From contig JBAQWN010000002.1 of the NCBI GenBank assembly GCA_049298935.1, positions 1-46,495 on the forward strand: a stretch of 46,495 nt of DNA. The letters are read 5' to 3'. The translations under genes were made by a program, and so were the position numbers. This document shows positions 1 through 8,096 of the stretch, piece after piece (positions within the stretch are counted from its first letter, which is position 1; each line of letters opens with the position of its first letter). This DNA is from Minisyncoccia bacterium. GTDB lineage: Bacteria; Patescibacteriota; Minisyncoccia; Phycocordibacterales; Phycocordibacteraceae. The notes beneath the pieces were generated by a model. That model searched no databases, was not told the DNA's origin, and was given only the letters and a program-made list of their open reading frames with translations.

Positions 1-2
1 CT

Positions 3-1232
3 TCATCAGTCGCAACCATTCCAACAGCACTCGCAACCTCAACTCTGTATGGCACAGCACCAGCAGGAGGATACGTTCTCGGATGGAACAATGCGACGAA
101 CGGCATCGGCTGGATTGCAACCTCCTCAACAGCTGGGGGAGGTATCACTACTCTTGGCGACTTCTACCACACAGGACTCACTGGTATCGCACAAACACTT
201 TCTACTTCAACAGCTGACACCAACCTCGGTATGACTATTGTCTCAAGCGGTACCGACCATCTCTTCACTCCATACTGGATCGGTCAGCTCAGTATTGCTC
301 GTGGCGGCACAGGCCTCTCCTCGGTCAGTGGTAATCAACTCCTCTATTCAAACTCAAATGGTACGGCTTTTGCCCAAGTATCTACTTCAACTCTTAGTAT
401 CGGTGGCAATGCCGCAACGGTAACCACTAACGCCAATCTTTCAGGTGTGATTACCAGCTCCGGCAACACCACATCCTATGCCGCCACCGCCGGTGCCAAC
501 ACGATTCTAGCAAATGCCACTGGTGGCCCTGCCGCACCAACCTTTGTCAGTACATCAACCCTCAACATTGGTGGCACCGCTTCTAATATCACCGGCATTG
601 TCGCGCTTCTAAACGGTGGCACAGGACTCTCTTCAATCACTGGCAATCGACTTCTCTATACCAACAGTGCTGGCACTGCCTTCGCTCAAGCAGCCACCTC
701 AACTCTCTATGGCACCGGTACTGGTGGTCAAATCCTCGCGTGGAACAACACTAACGCTGCTCCTACTTGGACCGCGACCACCACTATCCCCGTGGGCGGT
801 GGTGTCTCGGGTACTCTTTCGAACATTACAGTCGTCACTAACGCCAACCTTTCAGGTGTGGTCACCTCTTCTGGCAACACCACGTCGTTTGGTACACTCG
901 CACAAGGCATACTCGGCAATCCAGCGCTTACCGCAACTATTCCGACCGCTCTCGCTACTTCTACTCTTTACGGTCTTTCAACTGGCGGCATGGTGCTCGG
1001 GTGGAATAACGTCACTGGCGGTCTCGGCTTCGTGGCTACTTCATCTAGTAGCGGACTCTCGGCTATCGGTGCGAATATGGTTCTCGCTAACAACACCAGT
1101 GCGTCTGCCATCCCAACCGGTGTTTCCACGTCAACTATGTTTGGCCTTAGTACCGGCGGCAAAGTACTTGGTTGGGATAATACGACTGGCGGGATAGGAT
1201 GGGTCGCGACCTCGTCAGCCGCCGGTGGTGGA
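3..1232 (+). repeat. Degenerate tandem coding repeats (tail-fibre-like motifs) in the N-terminal part of the giant protein
   Basis: STLYG/STMFG-x4-GG-x-[VI]L[GA]W-[ND]N-x-[TN] motif, ending G-x-G-[WF]-[VI]-ATSS in three of the 4 copies (nt ~3-143, ~693-790 (divergent tail), ~931-1056, ~1104-1232). GGTGLSS-x-[ST]GN-x-LLY-x-NS-x-GTAFAQ occurs twice (nt ~297-400, ~613-705). TNANLSGV-x-TSSGNTTS occurs twice (nt 424-474 and 838-888) and is also similar at DNA level. Confidence 0.8.
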
Positions 1233-4200
1233 TACACCACGATTACTGATGATACAAACGGCAGTCTCACGCAAGTTTCAACGCTGGCTTTCCTCGGTAC
1301 CGGAATAAACTGTATAAACGGCACTGGGCAAACAGAATGTACAGTGAACGCTGGTGCGGCAACGGCGGCAGGAGCCACAGGCAATATTCAATTCAATACG
1401 GGGAACTCTCTTGACGCTGTTACCAACTTTACTTGGGATAAAACAAACAGTCGTCTCGGTGTTGGCAGTTCATCACCAATGGCGACGCTCACGGCATCAA
1501 GCACTTCGGCACTTATCGCCGCAGCGATCATTGATCAGCGAGGCACCGGCGCGCTCCTTTCTCTCCAGCAGGGCGGTCTCGATAAATTCACCGTGGCAAA
1601 TGGCGGAGGCCTCACTATATCCGCCGTGACTTCCGATACGGTGAAGTCGACGGCCGGGACAGGCAAGACTACTGACTTTGATTATCCAGGAGCCACGCTT
1701 GCTTCAACGACTGCAACATCCGACTATGTCACCATCAATGACGGCGCCGTTCCTGCAAATGGTGGAAGCATCGCGGCTTCTACCTCGCCGACTACAAACG
1801 TTGCTGTCGGTGCTGGCGGGCAAGTAATACTCCGTTCTGATGGGAAATACATAATTATACACGGCGGCGGATCAGCCACGGCTTCTCTCTGGAATGGTTT
1901 TGCTGGCGGTGCTATGTCGGCAACTCCTACTGCTCCAGCAACTGGTGGTACGGTGGGTGCCGGCGCAATTGCTATCAAGCGCCCTGATGGTAGATACATA
2001 GTCTTCCACGGTGGTGGCGCGAACCTCAGTACTGTCTTCGATCCGTATGGTATTACAGCAACCGTGGCAGGACCGGTACCGGGAGGTGCCTGTACAACCG
2101 GTACAAACGCATTTCTCCGTCAGAACGGTAACTATATCGTGCTCTGTGGAGGTACGACTGGATGGGGAGTGTATGACCCATCACGTCCGGCTCCGGGAGC
2201 TCTCGTCGCTGGTTCTGCGATCGGTGGTAACTGGGGCGCCGGTGCACACGCCGTGCAGAGAGACGACGGTACGTTCCTCGTCTATCAGGGCGGTGGCACG
2301 GGTACCTTCATCTATAATCCATACAACAACACGATGACTGCCGGTCCTGCGGCACCAACCGCGATTGCTGCAGGTTCGTTCTCCATCCGCCGACAAGACG
2401 GCATCTATCTAACGCTTCCTGGATCAGCCAATCAGTCTTTCCTCTATAGTCCGGTGAGTACCACGACACCAAACGGAACAGGAGGCTTTAGTGCGAACCT
2501 CGGTGTCGGTCCCTCCTCGGCTCTTGCCGATGGTGCACAATCGGTGTGGCGACAAGACGGCAAGTACATTCTCATCACTGCAAATACGACTGTGGTGAAT
2601 GTGATAGACCAAGGTGCTGGCATCCCAGGCGTCACTGCTGGCGCGCAGGCTCCGGTATTTAGCAACCCTGGCGCTCCGCTTGCACTCTCGGCCGCAGCGG
2701 GTGCCGGCATCACTGCCTTTATGCTTCCAAACGGCACCTCCGCAATTGTGCGTGGCGGCGGTACGGGCATTGATATAGTGGACACCAACTTTGTTACCGG
2801 GACAAATGGCGCGAATACACAAGACGCGTATTACGAAAGTGAGTGCATCGACAACACCAATCTCTCCCCCGACTCAACCATGAACTGGGTGAGTAATTCA
2901 GAAGGGAAGATTAGCGTGCAAGTGCGCACCGTAACGAACCCAACAGCCTGTTCGGCAGGAACATATAAAAGTATCGGTAATAGTGGAGACCTCATAGGCG
3001 CGGCGACTGCCAATAACCGCATCCAATTTAAGTTTACCTTCCAGCGCGAGTTACCGCGCTTTATGGATCAAGAATGGGGTGTCAGAAAGACAGGGCAGAC
3101 ACGCTATCGTCGTGTGAACGCCGACCCAACACTTTACAGCGTTGTCGTTGACAACGGTACCGCGCTCCATCGTACCCAGTTTGATTTCGGCAACGCTGTG
3201 TCGTCGACGACTGCCTTCGCGTCCGGTCCTGTTGCGGTCAATCTTACGAACGATACTAATCGTGCAAACGCACTCGCTCTTTCTGTAGGCCAGTCGGCAA
3301 CGATTAACCAAACGATGACTCAAGGAACAGGCCATCTCTATAACGGAACCTTCAACTCTCACAATGTACTCACCACTGGTACTGCGTCATCAACCGTGGT
3401 TATGAAGCGTCCCGATGGTAAATGGGTCGTGATTGCCGGTAATGCGACGCCGAATGCACAGGTCTATGACGAAACACTCCAGACGTTCACGGCGCTTGGT
3501 ACGACCCCAACTGCCGCACTTGGTACGGGCGGGTTCGCCTTTAAACGTCCCGACGGCAAGTACCTCATTGTCTTAGGAAATAAAACGACCACGACAAATA
3601 TCTACGACCCCGTCGCGAACACCTTCATCGCAGGACCTGTCCTCACTGCCGCTGCGTGGATTGGTGCACTCCAGATACCGCTGCCGATGGGTCGCGTGCT
3701 TATCGTCCACGGCAACCTCACGAATTCCACTTCTATATATGACCCGATACAAAATACGATGACCACAGGCCCTACCTCCGTGACGGTGGTCGGTCCCGGT
3801 TCGGTCGTCATACCGCGACCGGACGGCACCTTCCTCTTTGTCCCAGGTATGTCCGCATACCCGATATGTTCGGCCGTAGTCACCACAACGCAATTCTTCA
3901 ACCCGTATACAATGTTATTCACTGCGGCTGGCCCAACCAACACCGGCGGCACGGGCCCTGGCGCTTTCGCCTTCCAGCGCCAAGACGGTCAGTGGATTAT
4001 CGTGCGAGGCGGAGCAACAGCCAGCACCTGCGCGAGTGTCAAGGGAACCGGCGTGTATAACCCGTTTGATAACCAGATAACCACTACGGGTCCGACCATG
4101 GCGACCGCTCCCGGTCTTGGCGCACAGGTGTTGCCACGACCCGATGGCACTTGGCTCATGATTATCGGAGGTAGTGGTGGCCCTGGTGTTGCTCAAACAC

Positions 4201-6638
4201 AGACTTTCATCTATCAGGAAAAGGTCGGTGCGCTCACTGCTACTGGTCCTCAATCTACCCTCGGTCAATTTACCGTTAGTTCGACGACGATTACCGGTAT
4301 CAACAGCGGCTCAGTCTCCTTCCAGCGCTCCGACGGTAAGTTCGTCGTCATCACTGGTGCGGCCACCACCACCACTGGCACCGTGGTCCAGGTCTATGAC
4401 GCCGGTTGGGTACAGAGTGGTTCCTATAAGTCAGAACAATTTGACCTCTCCCCGGTAGGGACGAAGCTCGATGCCAACTCGACCCTTATATGGAAAGGGA
4501 ACATGTTCTCGACTGCTCTTGGTAGTATCTCAGCAGAAGTGAAGACCGCACCGACACAAGCTGCGCTCGCGACTACCTCTACTCGAACCATTCAGCTGTC
4601 AGGCTCGCTCATTAATCCCGCCGCCACCGATGCCTGGCTTCAGGTTGCATTCAACTTCCGCAGAGCATTCCCTTCATACGACGGTATCTATACCGATGTT
4701 TGGAATTCTGGTAGCGCGATGAGATTCGCGCAACGGCCAGTGTTGACACCAACTCTGTACGAATACAAGGTGACCAAGGATAAAGACCTCCTCGACCTCC
4801 AGTCGGATGGACTCTCAATACTGCGTGTTAGCACTTCAGGCGATGTCTTCACACAGGTGGGCGGGACGATTAACACAAGTGGTGCCGACTTGGCAGAGCG
4901 CTATACCTCTCAGGTCGAGTTGCAGAAGGGCTCGGTGGTCGCTATCGACCCACAGAACAATCACGGAGTGATGCCGTCGAAATACCAATACCAGTCAGAC
5001 ATTCTTGGTGTTGTTTCGACTGATCCAGGATTCGTCGCTGGTGCGTATACCGAAAACTCGTACCCAATCGCTCTCATCGGACGCGTGCCGGTGAACGTCT
5101 CGACTGAAAACGGTATGATCCGCACGGGCGACTACCTCACTGCCGCGAGTGTCCCAGGATATGCGATGAAGGCTGTGCTTTCTGGAAGGGTGATAGGTAA
5201 GGCACTTGAGTCGCTCGACGAGAGTAAGCTTATCGACTGCCCAGCAAGCGATATCTATATGCCAAACCGGAAGTGCGGCACGGTGATGGTCTTTGTTAAC
5301 CTTATCGACTACCAAGGTCAGTCGGTCGACCTCGCGATGAGCGATTGGAACGTGAAGCGGGCAAACATCGTTGCGGCTGGTCTCGCGACAGGGCTCGATA
5401 TCGCGACGTCAACTATGCCAGCAGACGCAGCAGCACAATTTACCTTCAGAGACACTCGCTCGTCCGACATCATGAACTTCCTTGAGAGCTTGAAGGCCGA
5501 GCGCGCGGTGGGAGTAACTTCGCAGTCTGAAATATTTGCCGACAAGATAAGTGCCGTGTCGCAAGTCATCAGTCCTGAGATTGTTGCTAACATTGTAAAT
5601 GCTAAAGAAGGACGTTTCGGTGCTGTTGATGGGCTAGCAATCTCTGCGGGGACGATAACGGCTGATAAGATCATCACTTCGTCGATAAGCTCTTCTGTAG
5701 GCGGATTCACGATGGATCTCTTGCCTGACGGTCGGCTCGTGATGCGCAGAGTCGCCACTGTTTCGATGGCTTCGACATCCTCGACAAGCTCGGAGCAGGC
5801 AAGCTCACCACAAGCAATCACGACAGATATCGCGACCTCGTCACTTCTCGCTTCGGTAGATAGTGCTTTCGCCACTTTGGCATCCTCGACAAGCTTGGAG
5901 CAGGCAACCACTACAGACATAGTGATCAGTTTCGACGCTACCGGCAACGCCTTCTTCGCGGGTGAAGTTGTCGCTCAGAAAGTCTCGACCGGCGCCCTCG
6001 ACGTCTCTGGTCTCGCGAAGTTTGCGGGTGGGCTCGAAGTCGCTTCGCTCGGTATCGCGAGCTCGACGATGGCAATCCTCAGCGACACTTCCTTCATCGG
6101 TCGGCCATATTTCACCTCTGACACAGGTGGCACTGCGACGATTAAAAAAGGTGCACGCTTGGTCGACGTTACATTTGCTAGAGAATATATAGAGACACCA
6201 ATCCTCACAGCATCAATGGTCTTCACTGCCTCGACGACCGATGAAAATATCGATCAGATCTTCTCAGATGATGTGCGCTATGTGGTGACCAAGAGAACAG
6301 CGACAGGATTCACCATATTCTTGAATAAGAAAGCGACGATTGACACGACCTTTAACTGGCTCGCCCTCGCGGTGAAAGATTCGAAGGAGTTTACCTCGCG
6401 CACTGTGCAAGCAGAGCCTGTTGCGCCTCCAGTGCCATTGTCTGACGTTGTTACAGTCTCGACGACAACTCCCATGACAGCATCAACGACTTTGGAAGTC
6501 CCGCTGTTGGATACTTCGACTACGACGCCAGAAGCGGCGACGACTACTCCTGTAACAATAATCTCACTGCCCGACACATCTCTTACGTCAGACGTGCTTC
6601 CTGTGGTTGACCAACTCACTCCACTTCCGCAGGTGTAA
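3..6638 (+). CDS. Giant surface/secreted protein, 5' end outside the window (>=2,211 aa visible). It has tail-fibre-like N-terminal repeats, two beta-propeller plus beta-sandwich modules, a Peptidase_G2-like autoprocessing motif and a Ser/Thr/Pro-rich tail.
   Basis: Frame 3 is open from nt 3, with no stop before the ORF-track ATG at 231. Nt 3-143 encode IPTALATSTLYG..GGYVLGWNNATNGIGWIATSS, the same motif seen at nt ~931-1056 and ~1104-1232, so 231 is an internal Met and the protein continues upstream. Stop TAA at 6636-6638. No TM segment in the visible part. Confidence 0.85.
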   Translation, partial: SSVATIPTALATSTLYGTAPAGGYVLGWNNATNGIGWIATSSTAGGGITTLGDFYHTGLTGIAQTLSTSTADTNLGMTIVSSGTDHLFTPYWIGQLSIARGGTGLSSVSGNQLLYSNSNGTAFAQVSTSTLSIGGNAATVTTNANLSGVITSSGNTTSYAATAGANTILANATGGPAAPTFVSTSTLNIGGTASNITGIVALLNGGTGLSSITGNRLLYTNSAGTAFAQAATSTLYGTGTGGQILAWNNTNAAPTWTATTTIPVGGGVSGTLSNITVVTNANLSGVVTSSGNTTSFGTLAQGILGNPALTATIPTALATSTLYGLSTGGMVLGWNNVTGGLGFVATSSSSGLSAIGANMVLANNTSASAIPTGVSTSTMFGLSTGGKVLGWDNTTGGIGWVATSSAAGGGYTTITDDTNGSLTQVSTLAFLGTGINCINGTGQTECTVNAGAATAAGATGNIQFNTGNSLDAVTNFTWDKTNSRLGVGSSSPMATLTASSTSALIAAAIIDQRGTGALLSLQQGGLDKFTVANGGGLTISAVTSDTVKSTAGTGKTTDFDYPGATLASTTATSDYVTINDGAVPANGGSIAASTSPTTNVAVGAGGQVILRSDGKYIIIHGGGSATASLWNGFAGGAMSATPTAPATGGTVGAGAIAIKRPDGRYIVFHGGGANLSTVFDPYGITATVAGPVPGGACTTGTNAFLRQNGNYIVLCGGTTGWGVYDPSRPAPGALVAGSAIGGNWGAGAHAVQRDDGTFLVYQGGGTGTFIYNPYNNTMTAGPAAPTAIAAGSFSIRRQDGIYLTLPGSANQSFLYSPVSTTTPNGTGGFSANLGVGPSSALADGAQSVWRQDGKYILITANTTVVNVIDQGAGIPGVTAGAQAPVFSNPGAPLALSAAAGAGITAFMLPNGTSAIVRGGGTGIDIVDTNFVTGTNGANTQDAYYESECIDNTNLSPDSTMNWVSNSEGKISVQVRTVTNPTACSAGTYKSIGNSGDLIGAATANNRIQFKFTFQRELPRFMDQEWGVRKTGQTRYRRVNADPTLYSVVVDNGTALHRTQFDFGNAVSSTTAFASGPVAVNLTNDTNRANALALSVGQSATINQTMTQGTGHLYNGTFNSHNVLTTGTASSTVVMKRPDGKWVVIAGNATPNAQVYDETLQTFTALGTTPTAALGTGGFAFKRPDGKYLIVLGNKTTTTNIYDPVANTFIAGPVLTAAAWIGALQIPLPMGRVLIVHGNLTNSTSIYDPIQNTMTTGPTSVTVVGPGSVVIPRPDGTFLFVPGMSAYPICSAVVTTTQFFNPYTMLFTAAGPTNTGGTGPGAFAFQRQDGQWIIVRGGATASTCASVKGTGVYNPFDNQITTTGPTMATAPGLGAQVLPRPDGTWLMIIGGSGGPGVAQTQTFIYQEKVGALTATGPQSTLGQFTVSSTTITGINSGSVSFQRSDGKFVVITGAATTTTGTVVQVYDAGWVQSGSYKSEQFDLSPVGTKLDANSTLIWKGNMFSTALGSISAEVKTAPTQAALATTSTRTIQLSGSLINPAATDAWLQVAFNFRRAFPSYDGIYTDVWNSGSAMRFAQRPVLTPTLYEYKVTKDKDLLDLQSDGLSILRVSTSGDVFTQVGGTINTSGADLAERYTSQVELQKGSVVAIDPQNNHGVMPSKYQYQSDILGVVSTDPGFVAGAYTENSYPIALIGRVPVNVSTENGMIRTGDYLTAASVPGYAMKAVLSGRVIGKALESLDESKLIDCPASDIYMPNRKCGTVMVFVNLIDYQGQSVDLAMSDWNVKRANIVAAGLATGLDIATSTMPADAAAQFTFRDTRSSDIMNFLESLKAERAVGVTSQSEIFADKISAVSQVISPEIVANIVNAKEGRFGAVDGLAISAGTITADKIITSSISSSVGGFTMDLLPDGRLVMRRVATVSMASTSSTSSEQASSPQAITTDIATSSLLASVDSAFATLASSTSLEQATTTDIVISFDATGNAFFAGEVVAQKVSTGALDVSGLAKFAGGLEVASLGIASSTMAILSDTSFIGRPYFTSDTGGTATIKKGARLVDVTFAREYIETPILTASMVFTASTTDENIDQIFSDDVRYVVTKRTATGFTIFLNKKATIDTTFNWLALAVKDSKEFTSRTVQAEPVAPPVPLSDVVTVSTTTPMTASTTLEVPLLDTSTTTPEAATTTPVTIISLPDTSLTSDVLPVVDQLTPLPQV
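1802..3360 (+). repeat. Supermodule 1: ~7 Kelch-like beta-propeller blades followed by a ~180-aa beta-sandwich-like domain
   Basis: Seven ~45-50-aa units each contain [KR]-[RQ]-x-[DN]G-x-[YFW]-[ILV]3-x-GG (RSDGKYIIIHGGG, KRPDGRYIVFHGGG, RQNGNYIVLCGG, QRDDGTFLVYQGGG, RRQDGIYLTLPG, WRQDGKYILITAN, LPNGTSAIVRGGG). They are followed by SECIDNTNLSPDSTMNWVS..NRIQFKFTFQRELP..PTLYSVVVD. Confidence 0.65.
3361..4790 (+). repeat. Supermodule 2: a second 7-blade propeller plus beta-sandwich-like domain, paralogous to supermodule 1
   Basis: Blades are KRPDGKWVVIAGN, KRPDGKYLIVLGN, PLPMGRVLIVHGN, PRPDGTFLFVPG, QRQDGQWIIVRGG, PRPDGTWLMIIGG and QRSDGKFVVITGA. They are followed by SEQFDLSPVGTKLDANSTLIWKG..AWLQVAFNFRRAFP..PTLYEYKVT, which parallels the end of supermodule 1. 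Confidence 0.65.
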
Positions 6639-6639
6639 A

Positions 6640-6648
6640 TGATATAAT
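6640..6648 (+). promoter_or_regulatory. Extended -10-like box TGATATAAT, 9 nt upstream of ATG 6658
   Basis: Perfect TGnTATAAT lies 2 nt after the giant gene's stop. No SD at a usable distance, since AGGG ends 3 nt before the ATG. Confidence 0.5.
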
Positions 6649-6657
6649 CAAGGGACT

Positions 6658-7647
6658 ATGAGGGGGAAATTTGTTGCCAGTGGCGTACTCATTACTATTT
6701 TCTTATTAGGGTTTGCTTCTGACCGTTTATTTTTTCCCACGACAAGTGGGGACAACTGTGTATCAGACTTTACATTCATCAGACAGAATCTTGACTGCAA
6801 TCTTTCTGATAAAAAGATTCAAAACCTTGGAGTGCTCGAAGGGAAGATTAAAGAAGATATTCTTGGATACCAGGAGCAAGGGAAGGTGACTCGAGTAAGC
6901 GTGTTTGCGCGCGATATCTTGTCGAGCCGTTTCGTTGGCGTCAATGAAAATGAAATGTTCTACATGGCGAGCCTCTTGAAGATTCCGGTGCTTGTCGGTG
7001 GCTATAAGCTTGCCGAAGTTGAGCCGAGGCTTCTTGACCAAGAGATACTTTATACGGGAAAGCCGAACCTCTACGATGGGCAAAACATAAAACCAATAGA
7101 AGTGCTCGAAATGGGGAAGAGTTATACAGTACGAGAGCTTATGCGGCGAGCGGTGGTCTATTCTGATAATACGGCTGCACAGCTTCTCTACGATTACTAC
7201 CCAGTTGAATTTCTTGACCGTATTATGGAAGCACTCGGCCTCAGCTTTACCATGCCACAAGGAGTGGCAGAGAACTTCGTTACTGCACGTACTTATGCAA
7301 ATGTGTTCCGCTCACTCTACAATTCCTCCTATCTCACGAGAGAGTATTCAAACGAAGCGCTCTCGTTTTTGACCAAAACAACCTATAGCGACGGTGCGAC
7401 GGCGAAGCTCCCGAAAGATGTTCTTGTCGCGCATAAGTTTGCTGAACGAAGCACAACACTCCCATCTGCCCCTCAAAGACCACTCCGCCAGCTTCATGAA
7501 TGTGGTCTGGTATATGCGAAGAATGGCGCCGAGCCGTACACTTTTTGCATCCTGACCGAAGGCTCAGACTATGAAGCGTTGCAGAATGTCCTGCAAGACT
7601 TATCGCTCGAGATCTATACTGCGATGATCGACGACACTGGTAATTAG
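6658..7647 (+). CDS. Membrane-anchored serine hydrolase, class A beta-lactamase / PBP-like fold
   Basis: N-terminal hydrophobic anchor (FVASGVLITIFLLGFA). SxxK motif in FYMASLLKIPV. SDN loop YSDNTAAQLL closely resembles the class A SDNTAANLL. No clear KTG (HKFAE in that position) and no obvious ExxLN. Confidence 0.7.
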   Translation: MRGKFVASGVLITIFLLGFASDRLFFPTTSGDNCVSDFTFIRQNLDCNLSDKKIQNLGVLEGKIKEDILGYQEQGKVTRVSVFARDILSSRFVGVNENEMFYMASLLKIPVLVGGYKLAEVEPRLLDQEILYTGKPNLYDGQNIKPIEVLEMGKSYTVRELMRRAVVYSDNTAAQLLYDYYPVEFLDRIMEALGLSFTMPQGVAENFVTARTYANVFRSLYNSSYLTREYSNEALSFLTKTTYSDGATAKLPKDVLVAHKFAERSTTLPSAPQRPLRQLHECGLVYAKNGAEPYTFCILTEGSDYEALQNVLQDLSLEIYTAMIDDTGN

Positions 7648-7691
7648 AGGATGGTATACTTTCGGTAATAGAAGACTGTAATTATATTTGT

Positions 7692-8096
7692 ATGGAACAA
7701 GACGCAACACTGAAGAAATCATTTTCAAAATACATTACCGTTACAAACGTTCTGGCGGTGCTTCTTGTAATCTCTATTGGTACAGGTGTGTACTTCTATC
7801 AGAAGGCGACTGCTGATCCACAGAAGGAGGCGCTTAAGGAGTTGCAGGCTACGATTGTGAGTGTCGGCAAGCTGATGGTCCTACCAGCCGGCGAGACGCC
7901 GACGATGGCGACCGTGAGTGACCCAGAGAAGTTAAAAGACCAACCGTTCTTTATTCATGCCCAAAAGGGAGATAAGGTTTTGATATACACAGCATCACAA
8001 AAAGCGATTCTCTACAGCCCCTCATTGAATAAAATAGTAGAAGTAGCCCCGATCAATGCCGGCGCTACCGGAGGCTCAGCCAATGTCCCACTTTAG
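7692..8096 (+). CDS. Hypothetical membrane-anchored protein (single N-terminal TM)
   Basis: 134-aa ORF with TM segment VTNVLAVLLVISIGTGVYFY. TGGTATACT -10-like box at 7652-7660. No family recognised. Confidence 0.55.
   Translation: MEQDATLKKSFSKYITVTNVLAVLLVISIGTGVYFYQKATADPQKEALKELQATIVSVGKLMVLPAGETPTMATVSDPEKLKDQPFFIHAQKGDKVLIYTASQKAILYSPSLNKIVEVAPINAGATGGSANVPL

Noticed and set aside
231-233. ORF-track ATG at 231 as the start of the giant gene
   Set aside because: The frame is open back to nt 3. The upstream 76 codons encode the same repeat motif as downstream, so 231 is an internal Met.
5318-5947. 209-aa ORF antisense to the giant gene. Similar long antisense or out-of-frame ORFs occur at 968-1384 (-), 19547-20134 (-), 19265-19795 (+), 26141-26602 (-), 28122-28751 (-), 36307-36843 (+), 37968-38462 (-) and 40203-40763 (-).
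   Set aside because: All are fully nested in, or opposite to, genes with unambiguous family motifs. Their translations are low-complexity (Arg/Ser/Ala-rich) with no recognisable motifs. Such ORFs are typical shadows of coding sequence of this composition.
6658-7647. Antibiotic-resistance class A beta-lactamase
   Set aside because: The KTG box and omega-loop Glu are not recognisable and the protein is membrane-anchored. It is safer to call it a beta-lactamase-fold serine hydrolase.
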